From an uncultured Clostridia bacterium (GTDB lineage Bacteria; Bacillota; Clostridia; Christensenellales; Borkfalkiaceae), in assembly GCA_937915565.1 (NCBI GenBank), contig CALDMH010000108.1, positions 1-57,501 of the forward strand: a stretch of 57,501 bases of DNA, read 5' to 3'. The translations under genes were made by a program, and so were the position numbers. This document shows, piece after piece, positions 27,785-36,800 of the stretch. Position 1 is the stretch's first letter, and each line of letters starts with the position of its first letter. The notes beneath the pieces were generated by a model. It searched no databases and was not told the DNA's origin. It saw nothing but the letters and a program-made list of their open reading frames with translations.

Positions 27785-28996
27785 ATGAAAATAGCGGAAT
27801 ACAAGAAGTTTTACAACGATTTTCTTTTGAATAACGTAGTCCCGTTCTGGGAGAAATCCGACCTTATCGACAAGACCTACGGGGGATTTATCACGAGCGT
27901 GGATAAAGAGGGCAAGAGTTATAACGACGATAAAAGCGTGTGGTTTCAGGGAAGATGCCTTTGGACGTTTTCCAAACTTCTCAACGAATACGGCTATAAG
28001 GAAGAGTGGGCAAACGCGGCGAAAAGCGGCGCGGAGTTCATCAAAGAGCATTGCATAGACGAGGACGGAAGAATGTTTTTCGTCGTCACGCGCGACGGAA
28101 AGCCGCTCAGGAAGAGAAGATATTATTTTTCGGAAAGTTTCCTCGTTGCGGGATTTGCCGAATATTATTTCTTCACCAAAAACGTCGAGGATTTGCGTCT
28201 TGCCGAAAAATATTTCGATTTGATGTATTCGATTTATCGCAATCCCTCTTGCGACCCGTTCAAAATCACGCCCAAGGAAAACGCTGCGGTCAGAAATCTC
28301 CATTCCAACGCCAACCCTATGGTTCTCGTAAGCACGGCGCAGGAACTTTTGAGGGCCGACCCCGAAAAGAAAGAGTATTACGAGGGGATAATAAACGCGC
28401 TCGTCGCGGATATGATAGGCTTGCATTATAAGGAAGAATACAAATGCGTCCTCGAAAACGTGTTTACGGACGGAAGTATTCTCGATAACCCCACCGGAAG
28501 GACGATAAACCCGGGACATTCCATTGAAAACTCGTGGTTTTTGATGAATTACGCCGCGAAAACGGGAGATAAAGAGCTTTTGAAAAAGGCTTTGAACGTT
28601 CTCGATTGGTCGCTCGAACTCGGTTGGGATAAGGAATACGGCGGAGTTTATTATTTCAGAGATTTGTTCTCGCGCCCCTGCGAACAGCTCGAATACGATA
28701 TGAAACTCTGGTGGGTTCACAACGAGTGTTTAATCGCAACGCTCGCCGCTTATAAACTCACCGGCGACGAGAAGTATTTCAAAAAGTTCGAGGAAATTCA
28801 CGAGTACGCTTTTTCGCATTTTGCCGACAAGGAAAACGGCGAATGGTACGGATATTTGCACCGCGACGGAACTGTTTCGCACACGCAGAAAGGCTCGCTC
28901 TGGAAAGGACCTTATCACCTCCCGAGATGCCTTATTCTCGTTGAAAAACTTCTTACTTCGATTGAAAACGGCGGAAATTTCCCCGAGTTGCTTTAA
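27785..28996 (+). CDS. AGE-family epimerase/isomerase (N-acylglucosamine 2-epimerase / cellobiose 2-epimerase / YihS-like)
   Basis: (alpha/alpha)6-type sequence with FWEKS.D..YGGF, W.QGR.LW, HSIEN.WF and WKGPYH motifs. Length is 403 aa. Confidence 0.8.
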   Translation: MKIAEYKKFYNDFLLNNVVPFWEKSDLIDKTYGGFITSVDKEGKSYNDDKSVWFQGRCLWTFSKLLNEYGYKEEWANAAKSGAEFIKEHCIDEDGRMFFVVTRDGKPLRKRRYYFSESFLVAGFAEYYFFTKNVEDLRLAEKYFDLMYSIYRNPSCDPFKITPKENAAVRNLHSNANPMVLVSTAQELLRADPEKKEYYEGIINALVADMIGLHYKEEYKCVLENVFTDGSILDNPTGRTINPGHSIENSWFLMNYAAKTGDKELLKKALNVLDWSLELGWDKEYGGVYYFRDLFSRPCEQLEYDMKLWWVHNECLIATLAAYKLTGDEKYFKKFEEIHEYAFSHFADKENGEWYGYLHRDGTVSHTQKGSLWKGPYHLPRCLILVEKLLTSIENGGNFPELL

Positions 28997-29068
28997 TGCG
29001 GGGAAATCCGATTTTCGCGCTTAAAAACTGTTGTAAATCGCTTAAAAACTGCTATAATTTTTTAAAAA

Positions 29069-29107
29069 CCCCCGCGTTGCGCAAGGCAACGCGGGGGTTA
29101 TATTTTT
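29069..29107. terminator. bidirectional rho-independent terminator between convergent genes
   Basis: 12-bp stem CCCCCGCGTTGC/GCAACGCGGGGG. An A-run lies upstream and TTATATTTTT downstream. Confidence 0.85.
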
Positions 29108-29148
29108 ATTAGATTTTTATGAAACGCCGCGAAAATTTACGGCGAATT

Positions 29149-30039
29149 TTAAGTTTTTTCGGTTTTTTCGTTTTTCTTTTCCAAAGCGGCTTGCTTGAAA
29201 GCTCCCGGGGAAACGTGATATTTATCCTTGAAAGCCCTTGAAAAAACGTAAATCGAGGAATAGCGCAGTTTGTTTGCGGTTTCGGTTACGGTAACGTCGC
29301 CCTCGCTCAAAATTTCTTTGGCAATGGCAAGTTTTTTGTTGATTATGTAAGAGGAAATCGATTCGCCTATGGTCTTTTTGAAACATCTCGACAAATACGA
29401 GTAATTATATCCGAAAACGTCCGAAAGTTCCGCCATATTTTCAAGCGTGTAGATATGCGTGTCGACGTAGTTTATGATGTTGAAGCAAAGCAGTTGCGTG
29501 CTGTTCGTTTGCGGCGCGCGATAGTACGGAATTTTCTCCTGCTTTATGCGTTGCATAACCTTTAAAATGGCGAGTTTCAGTTCGTATTCGAAAATACTCC
29601 TGCCCATATCGGTGTCGGCCTTTATTTCGGAAAGAAGATGCGTGAAGTGGTCGCCGAGGTCGTCGGTGTGGAATTTTCGGTTGTTTTCGGGCTTGGTAAT
29701 CGCCGCGTATTCGTCCAGAATCGGCGTAAAAGGCGAATCGCTCGTGAAGTTGAACGCGCAGAAGAAGAACCGAAGAGGATTATCGGCGTCCGAAAAGATT
29801 CTGTGAATCTCCTTCGGGTGCGAAAAATACAAATCGTGTTTTTCGACGTGCGCGGGCTTGTTGTTCGTGAAAATCGTCCCCGAGCCGGAAAGAACGTAGG
29901 TGAATTCATACCAGTCGAGATGGATATGGCTCGTCATTTCGGTCTGGTCGTCGCACATCATTTCGCCTACCTGATAAAGAAGCAAATCGTTGAAAATTCT
30001 CGGATTGCACGCAAAATTATTGTCGTAATGGTACTTCAA
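29149..30039 (-). CDS. AraC-family transcriptional regulator (cupin sensor + HTH)
   Basis: The C-terminal signature is YSSIYVFSRAFKDKYHVSPGAFK, and an N-terminal cupin-like domain is present. A TTG start at 30039 lies 4 nt after GGGAGGG (296 aa). The ORF-track start at 30222 would add 61 AT-rich, Phe-rich residues and is judged upstream read-through. Confidence 0.8.
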   Translation of the reverse strand: MKYHYDNNFACNPRIFNDLLLYQVGEMMCDDQTEMTSHIHLDWYEFTYVLSGSGTIFTNNKPAHVEKHDLYFSHPKEIHRIFSDADNPLRFFFCAFNFTSDSPFTPILDEYAAITKPENNRKFHTDDLGDHFTHLLSEIKADTDMGRSIFEYELKLAILKVMQRIKQEKIPYYRAPQTNSTQLLCFNIINYVDTHIYTLENMAELSDVFGYNYSYLSRCFKKTIGESISSYIINKKLAIAKEILSEGDVTVTETANKLRYSSIYVFSRAFKDKYHVSPGAFKQAALEKKNEKTEKT

Positions 30040-30095
30040 TTTTCCCTCCCGAAGCGTGCCGAAACGGTTTGCTTCGGCTAAAACTTCTCGGAAAT

Positions 30096-30125
30096 ATTTT
30101 AATATCGTAAAAAAATAAAAGTCAA
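30096..30125 (-). promoter_or_regulatory. candidate promoter of the AraC regulator gene
   Basis: The minus strand reads TTGACT, an 18-nt spacer, then TAAAAT. Confidence 0.45.
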
Positions 30126-30253
30126 GCGATATTAAAAAAAATATTGCGAAAAATCGATTTGAAATGATTTTGCAAAACGTATGGTAAAAAAAAGATAAAG
30201 TCGAATTATGGAGAAAAGTCAAAAAAAGCTAAATATAAAGTAAAGCGGTGATA

Positions 30254-30283
30254 TTTACAAAGACGGGCGCGGAATGTTATATT
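30254..30283 (+). promoter_or_regulatory. candidate promoter of the rhamnosidase operon
   Basis: TTTACA, an 18-nt spacer, then TGtTATATT. It is divergent from the AraC regulator gene. Confidence 0.45.
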
Positions 30284-30369
30284 TTTTTTAGATATAAAAC
30301 CGCGTTGAAATTTAACGACGCGGCAAAAACGCCAAGCGGGATAAACCGCGCGGCGGCGGAGTTGAAATA

Positions 30370-31239
30370 ATGAAAAAAATAGGTTTTATTGATAACTTTT
30401 TGAGCGAATGGCACGCCAACAATTATCCCGATATGATAAGAAACGACGAAAGAGCCAAAAAACTCGGGCTGGACGTTTGTTACGCTTACGCGAAAACGGA
30501 AGTTTCGCCTTACGACGGGGTTACGACGGACGAGTGGTGCAAAATTCACAACGTCAAAAGGGTGAATTCCGTTGAAGAGCTCGTCGATTTGTCCGATTAT
30601 ATCGTGATTCTTTCCCCCGACAATCCCGAACTTCACAAAGAGCTTTCGGAGTACGCCTTAAAGAGCGGAAAGTTGACTTATATCGACAAAACCTTTGCGC
30701 CGGACAAAAAAACGGCGATTGAGATATTCGACCTTGCGCAAAAATACGGCACGCCCGTTTATTCCACGTCCGCCCTTCGTTTTGCGGACGAACTTGCGCC
30801 TTATAGAAAAGGCGATGAGCCGGCGAAGTCCTGTATGTGCGTGGGGTGCTACAAATTCGAGATTTACGCGATTCACGTTTTCGAGATGATGTGCACCGTT
30901 ATGAAGAGCGGGGCAAAGAGAATGATGGCGACGGAAGGCACGAGGAACCGCAATATCGTCGTGGATTACGGCAACGGCAGGCTCGCTTCCTTCATTCAGA
31001 TGGATACCGACGACCCTTACGGCGTTCCGTTTATCGTTTCCGCCGAAATGGAGGACGGATCGGCGCATTATTACGAGATAAAGGAAGGTTACCAGAAACG
31101 CTTCGTTGAGGCGATGATAGAGTTCTTCGCAACGGGCGTTCCGCAGGTGGATTACAGAGAAACGATTGACCTTATGGGTATGCTCGACGTTGCGAAAAAG
31201 GCAATGGCAAACCCGTTTAAATGGATAGATATTGAGTGA
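30370..31239 (+). CDS. Gfo/Idh/MocA-like protein with degenerate cofactor and EKP motifs
   Basis: The overall layout is Gfo/Idh/MocA-like (..VIL.SPDN..H.EL...AL..GK..YIDKTFA). However, the N-terminus reads IGFIDNFLSEWHANNYP instead of GxGxxG, and IDKT replaces EKP. Confidence 0.5.
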   Translation: MKKIGFIDNFLSEWHANNYPDMIRNDERAKKLGLDVCYAYAKTEVSPYDGVTTDEWCKIHNVKRVNSVEELVDLSDYIVILSPDNPELHKELSEYALKSGKLTYIDKTFAPDKKTAIEIFDLAQKYGTPVYSTSALRFADELAPYRKGDEPAKSCMCVGCYKFEIYAIHVFEMMCTVMKSGAKRMMATEGTRNRNIVVDYGNGRLASFIQMDTDDPYGVPFIVSAEMEDGSAHYYEIKEGYQKRFVEAMIEFFATGVPQVDYRETIDLMGMLDVAKKAMANPFKWIDIE

Positions 31240-31242
31240 GAT

Positions 31243-33675
31243 ATGATAAGCGAGCTTAGATGTCAGGGCGAGGTTTTCCCCGTCGTAACGGCGAATAAAG
31301 CGATTTTTGAATGGCGGTGCGATTCCTTGCACCGTCGTTTCGCGCTTACGATAGGAAACGAAGAGCAGGCTAAAACGTTTTATACCGACGGCGAAAGGTT
31401 TGTCGAGGTTGATTTATTCGGCTTTAAAAAAGGCAAATATTTTTATACGGTCGAGGGCGGAGCGCCCTACGAAACCGACGGCGAAAACGGCGGCGAAACG
31501 GACGAAACGAGCGGCGCAAAAGAAATTTCGGAAAAGGCGTATTTTATAATCGCGGAGGGCGGAGTTTCGGGCGCGAAGTGGATTTCAAACGGCAATCATT
31601 TCGTTGCGGAGGATAACGTAACGGGGCGGCCTTCAATCACGCTCCGAAGGAAATTTTCTTTCGGTAAAATAGAGCCGTCCGCCATTTTAACCGTTTGCGG
31701 GCTGGGCTTTTTCGAGGCGTATATCAACGGCGAGAGGGTTGGCGACGGCGTGTTCGAGCCGCCTTTCACCGATTACTGCAAACGAGTGATTTTAAGGAGT
31801 TTTCCCGTTGCGGATAAGCTTAAAACGGGCGAAAACGAACTGGAAATTATTCTCGGCGACGGCTGGTATTCGCACACCGACCTCGACACCTGGGGTTTTT
31901 TCCGCGCTCCTTGGCGCGACGACGTTAAGGCGATTTGCAAACTTACAAGCGGCGAAGAAACCGTTTGCTCCGACGAAAATTTCGAGTGGTCGTTCAACGA
32001 AACCGCGAAAAATTCACTGCGTTCGGGCGCGAGAATAGATTTCGGAACGGAAAAAGTTTATCGCAAAGCCGTTCTCACAACGCCGCCGGGCGGGGAACTT
32101 GCATATTCGACGATTCCGCCGATGCGCGAGTGCGAAAAAATCAAGCCGATTGCTTTGAGAACGACGGCGGATAATTCGATAATTTGCGATTTCGGCAAAA
32201 ATATGACGGGTTACGTTTCTTTTAACGCGAAGGGCGCGAGGGGAACGGAAGTTACCGTTGAATATTCCGACAGGATAAACGGCGACGACCTCGATAACGA
32301 GAGCAATTCGATGTACGTTTTCCGCAAGGATATGCCTTATCAGACGGACGAGCTTATTCTTTCGGGCGGGAACGATTTTTACAAGCCGAAATTTGCGTTC
32401 AACGGGTTCAGATACGTTAAGATTTCTCTTGCCGAAAAGGCGGAAATAGAGAATATTACGGCATATTTTACGCATACGGATTTAAGGAAGCAAACGGAAT
32501 TCGAGATTTCCGACGAACTTTTGAACGACCTTTACAAAATGTCGATGCAGGCGATACTTTCAAACTACGTCGGCATACAAACCGATTGTCCGCACCGCGA
32601 GAAAAACGGTTGGACGGGCGACGCGCAGCTTTCCGTAGAGCCCTGCGTTTATAACTTCGATATGCGCGGAGCTTACGAAAAGTTTATCGACGACGTAAAG
32701 GACGCGCAGCGTCCGTCGGGGCAGATTCCCTGCATAGTTCCGACGTGCGGCTGGGGATATAACTGGGGCAGCGGCCCTGCGTGGGACGTCGCTTTATTCC
32801 GCGCGGCAAAAGCGGAGAAGTTTTATTACGAAAATTCCGACGCGGTGAAAAAAGCTTTGCCGGTTATGAAAAAATATCTCGCTTATCTTTCGGCTTACGA
32901 GGATGCGGACGGGCTTGTAAGCGTGGGGCTCGGCGACTGGAATTTTCCGAAAAATATCAAGTTCGAGGTTTGTCCTCTCGCGCTCGTTTCGAGCGGATAT
33001 TATAAGTTGATGTGCGAAATTTACGTCGAACTTTCGGAAAACGCCGACGAGGCCGAGGAATATCGCGTTAAGGCGAAGAAACTCGGCGATGCGATTTACA
33101 AGCGTTTTTCGGGCGACAAAACGCTCACGGGGCTTTGCGCGCTTTGGTATTTCGGGATAAAGGACACCGAAAAAGAGGTGAAAGAATATCTTGAAAATAA
33201 CGGATATTCTCTTCACGCAGGCATTTTGGGCGTTAAATTCCTGTTTGCGTTGCTCGGCGAAAAGGGTTTGAGCGAGGCGGCTTATAAAATTCTTTCGAGA
33301 ACGGATTACCCCTCGTTCGGCTATTGGCGCGAGCACGGACAAACCGCGCTTTGCGAGGATTTCGAGCTTACGAATTCGCTCAATCACCATATGTTCAGCC
33401 CCATTGCGGAGTATATGCTCCGTTATATGGCGGGTTTGAGGCTCGGCGAGGGAAAAAGGAGCGTTACGTTAAAGCCGAACCTTCCCGAAAAGGTTAAAAA
33501 GGCGAAGTTTTGCGTGGAAACGGCTTTCGGCGATTTTAAAGCCGAAATTTTCCGAAGCGGCGACGAACTGGAAATAAAAACAGACGTTCCCTGCGGATTA
33601 ACCGCGATTTTGGAATATAAAACGACTAACGAACGGCTTAAAGCGGGGAAAACCGAAAGGATTTTGAAAGCCTGA
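31243..33675 (+). CDS. alpha-L-rhamnosidase (GH78)
   Basis: The architecture is typical of GH78 (N-terminal beta-sandwiches, then an (alpha/alpha)6 domain). The signature TDCPHREKNGWTGDAQ is present. Length is 810 aa. No signal peptide. Confidence 0.88.
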   Translation: MISELRCQGEVFPVVTANKAIFEWRCDSLHRRFALTIGNEEQAKTFYTDGERFVEVDLFGFKKGKYFYTVEGGAPYETDGENGGETDETSGAKEISEKAYFIIAEGGVSGAKWISNGNHFVAEDNVTGRPSITLRRKFSFGKIEPSAILTVCGLGFFEAYINGERVGDGVFEPPFTDYCKRVILRSFPVADKLKTGENELEIILGDGWYSHTDLDTWGFFRAPWRDDVKAICKLTSGEETVCSDENFEWSFNETAKNSLRSGARIDFGTEKVYRKAVLTTPPGGELAYSTIPPMRECEKIKPIALRTTADNSIICDFGKNMTGYVSFNAKGARGTEVTVEYSDRINGDDLDNESNSMYVFRKDMPYQTDELILSGGNDFYKPKFAFNGFRYVKISLAEKAEIENITAYFTHTDLRKQTEFEISDELLNDLYKMSMQAILSNYVGIQTDCPHREKNGWTGDAQLSVEPCVYNFDMRGAYEKFIDDVKDAQRPSGQIPCIVPTCGWGYNWGSGPAWDVALFRAAKAEKFYYENSDAVKKALPVMKKYLAYLSAYEDADGLVSVGLGDWNFPKNIKFEVCPLALVSSGYYKLMCEIYVELSENADEAEEYRVKAKKLGDAIYKRFSGDKTLTGLCALWYFGIKDTEKEVKEYLENNGYSLHAGILGVKFLFALLGEKGLSEAAYKILSRTDYPSFGYWREHGQTALCEDFELTNSLNHHMFSPIAEYMLRYMAGLRLGEGKRSVTLKPNLPEKVKKAKFCVETAFGDFKAEIFRSGDELEIKTDVPCGLTAILEYKTTNERLKAGKTERILKA

Positions 33676-33725
33676 CGGGGCGCAATAAAGTCAAAATTTA
33701 TTAAACGATTGTGCAAGAAACCGTG

Positions 33726-33754
33726 TAGACAGGGCGATTGCAATCGTATATAAT
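33726..33754 (+). promoter_or_regulatory. candidate promoter of the large surface-protein gene
   Basis: TAGACA, a 17-nt spacer, then TATAAT (33749-33754). Confidence 0.45.
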
Positions 33755-33860
33755 TTTAACGTCAATGAGCGATTTGCGCTTGTCGGAATGAAAGAATTTT
33801 CGGCGGGGGCGAAAAAACGGCTCGAAAATTTGTCGGGGAAAACCCGACGCAGGAGGAAAA

Positions 33861-36800
33861 ATGAGAAAAAAGAAACTTTGGATTGTTCTTCTTTGCATCG
33901 TTGCGGCAACGGCGCTTTGCTTTGCGTCCTTAACCGCTTATGCGGAAGAGCCTGCCGAAGGCGCGGAAACGGAAGAAACGTTGAATCTCGCGCTTGACCA
34001 GACTAAATGGAACACGACGACTTTTGAAGCGAAGGCGGACGGCCTTTATGCGAAAGGCACGAACGTAAGCGCGACGACGAAGGATAAAATCCCCGCAAGC
34101 GCAACCGTAACCACCGCAATCAGCGGAACTTTGGCTGAAAAGGATACCACTTGGTGTTACGCCTGGATTGTTTTAAAACAGTCCGACCCGAACGCCACGG
34201 TTACCTGCAACGGTAAAAACGCCACGCTTTCTTCCGGAAACGGATTGATTTTCAGTTGGGGAGCGTCGCACGGCTCGGAATCCGTCAACGAAGTAATAGA
34301 CGGACAAAGCGTTAAGATGACGGATACGAAGTTCGTCAGCGGATTTGACTCTTGGTCGCAATACGCCGTAAACAGTGAAATTACTATCACTATGACGGAC
34401 GGCCCGTTCGGAACTACGCTCGATTTGGTTTTCAAAGGCGGAGTGACGAACGAAACCAAAACTTATTCCTACACCTGCGAGAACGATTTCTCGGGAGAAG
34501 GTTATTACGGATTCGGTTATTTAGGTGGCGGAACCGTGGACGAAACTCACAATTACGTTATAACCAAAGCCACCGTTGAGGAAATCGCAGTCGATAACGA
34601 CCTTTCTCACAGCGCGGCCAACTGGACGACGTCCACCGGGTCGATTGTCGGCGGAGAAAACGGAATAACCGCAACGGCAAACGGAAACGCTTTGTTGAAG
34701 CATAAACTTCCCGCAAACTCCACCGTAACCGCTAAGATTACCGGAACTGCCGCGGGAACGTGGGGAAACGTTTGGTTTACCCTTAAAGATACGAGAGAAA
34801 CTCCCGACGCGTCCTCCTCGAACGCAACTGCGGGAAGCTATATTTTATATCGTCTCGGCGGAGATTTTAACGTCGGTCAGGGAACAATCGCCGAGGTAAA
34901 AGACGGCACTCTTTTGCCTTTGAATCACAGTATCGAAGGGGCGAGTAACGCGGATAGTTGGTACGTTCGTAAACAAGTAACCGAATTTACGTTCACCACC
35001 GAAGATACGGAAACGGGCGTTAAGGTTACCGTTCACGTCAAAGGCGAAAATTGCGAATACGAAGAGGTTATCGAATCCGATAACGAAGTTCTTAAAGGCG
35101 AATGGACGCTCGGTATAGGCTGTTTCGTCGATTTAGCCGGCGGAAACCTCGTAATCGATAACGTTACCGTTAAAAACAACGATAAGAGCGAGCCCGAAAA
35201 GCCCGAGCCGGAAGAACCCGAACCGCAGCCGGAAGAACCCGAAGAACTCGAACCCGAAATTGCAAACCTTGCCGTTTCGGCGGATAATTTCAACGGCGGC
35301 CTCGGCAACCACAGCGGAGTTTTCGGCGAAAACGGAATAACGATAAGCCAGACTACTTTCTCGGCTTCCCTCGTTAAAGACGTTAAGGCCGGCTCGAAAA
35401 TAGTTCTCGACCTCGAAGGAAAGGGCGAAACCACCGGTTGGGGCGAAGCCTGGATAATCCTCAAAGACGTTTCTTATCCGCAGGTTATCGACGCAAGACA
35501 GGACGAAAAGTCGTCTTTCAGAAGCCTCACGAGAGGAATGAATTACGTCGCTTTCCGTTTCGGCAACAGTTATCTTGCCGGAATAAACGAAGTTAAGGAC
35601 GGACAGTTCACCGAAACCATTATCACGGAGTGGGCTCAAAGCGATTTCACGGCTTTCTTCAAGCAGAGAGTACGCGTCGTCATCACCACCGAGGATTCGG
35701 ATTCGGGCGTTAAATTCAATATCGAATTCCAGAATCTTACCACCGGCCACACTCTCACGAAAGAGTACGTTTCCGATAACGTTAAATTGAAAGGCGATTA
35801 CGCCGTAAACGTCGGAACTTACGTCGGACTCAACGCAGGCGAATCGATTGTTATCCGTAAATTCGGCGTGACCGAAACCGTTGAAAAAACCGACAGAAGC
35901 GGCGCGAATATGGCAACCGACTTGAAGTATATGAGAAACGGCTTTAATTACAAAGCGTTCAGATATTACGACGGAAACGGTCTTGCTCTCGAACAGGTTA
36001 CGAAGGCCGGCTTCACGATGTATCACAAGGTTGCTTCCGCGCAGAGCGTCACGTTGAAATACAACAACACTTTAACGAGCGCGTCTTACGGCAACACCTA
36101 TCTTCTTTTGAAAGCCAACGACCGTTACGTTGAAGTTCCCAACCCGAACGACAGAGAAATAAACGAATATAACGCCAAGAGCGAAGCCGACCCTGCCGCA
36201 GCGAAGGGCGACAACTGGATTTTGGTTATGTTCGGCGCGGACGGACTTCAAAGATACGTTTGTATCGACGGTATCATTGAAAAAACCAATCTCGGCGACG
36301 GCGCGGATAACCTCGACGTCTGGTATTGGTATAAACAAGCTCCGAGCATTATGCTCACCGCCACGGATATTGCGGAAACCGAAGAGGACGACGCTCATAT
36401 CGAAGTAAACTTCACGCTTATGGGCAGCTCCGGCAAACTTACCGCAAAATCCTTCAACGTTTACGAAGAGGCTCTTATGGGCGCGAAATATCTTCAAGTT
36501 TCTTATTTCCTCTCCACGGGCGGAAATATGGAAAGCGATTTCGATTTCGTTTGCCTTGAAAAGCTTTCCTATATGGGACTTGACGACGTGGTTATTCCCG
36601 AAATAGACGTTGAGGCTCTCAACGCCTCAATCGCCTCCTATAAAGCGATTACCGCCGAAAACTACGAAGCGGCGAAGGCAACTTACGAGGCAGCTGCCGC
36701 AAAACGCGCGGAAATGAACGTTCTTCAAGTCGATAAGTTCAACGCCGCGGCTCTTGCCGAACTTAACAAAAAGCTCGAAGCGTATCTCACTGATAAAGAA

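Noticed and set aside
27722-28720. A 332-aa antisense ORF opposite the AGE-family gene. Similar long antisense ORFs lie at 749-1516, 7789-8625, 35133-36026, 39317-40201, 41244-42197 and 42783-43595.
   Set aside because: All lie opposite genes with clear family signatures or signal peptides. They have Phe/Arg/Lys-rich low-complexity translations, lack RBSs, and have boundaries that ignore the sense-strand gene boundaries.
30040-30222. A 61-aa N-terminal extension of the AraC regulator (ORF-track start at 30222).
   Set aside because: - The extension translates AT-rich promoter DNA (Phe/Ile/Leu-rich).
- It contains the predicted TTGACT-18-TAAAAT promoter.
- A TTG preceded by GGGAGGG gives a typical ~296-aa cupin-AraC protein.
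- The start remains unverified.
33788-33997. A 69-aa ORF overlapping the start of the 1174-aa surface-protein gene. Short ORFs at 10694-10903 and 12061-12351 also lie inside repeat arrays.
   Set aside because: They overlap a gene that has a strong RBS and signal peptide, or they consist of translated tandem repeats or promoter DNA. There is no RBS and no coding-like composition.
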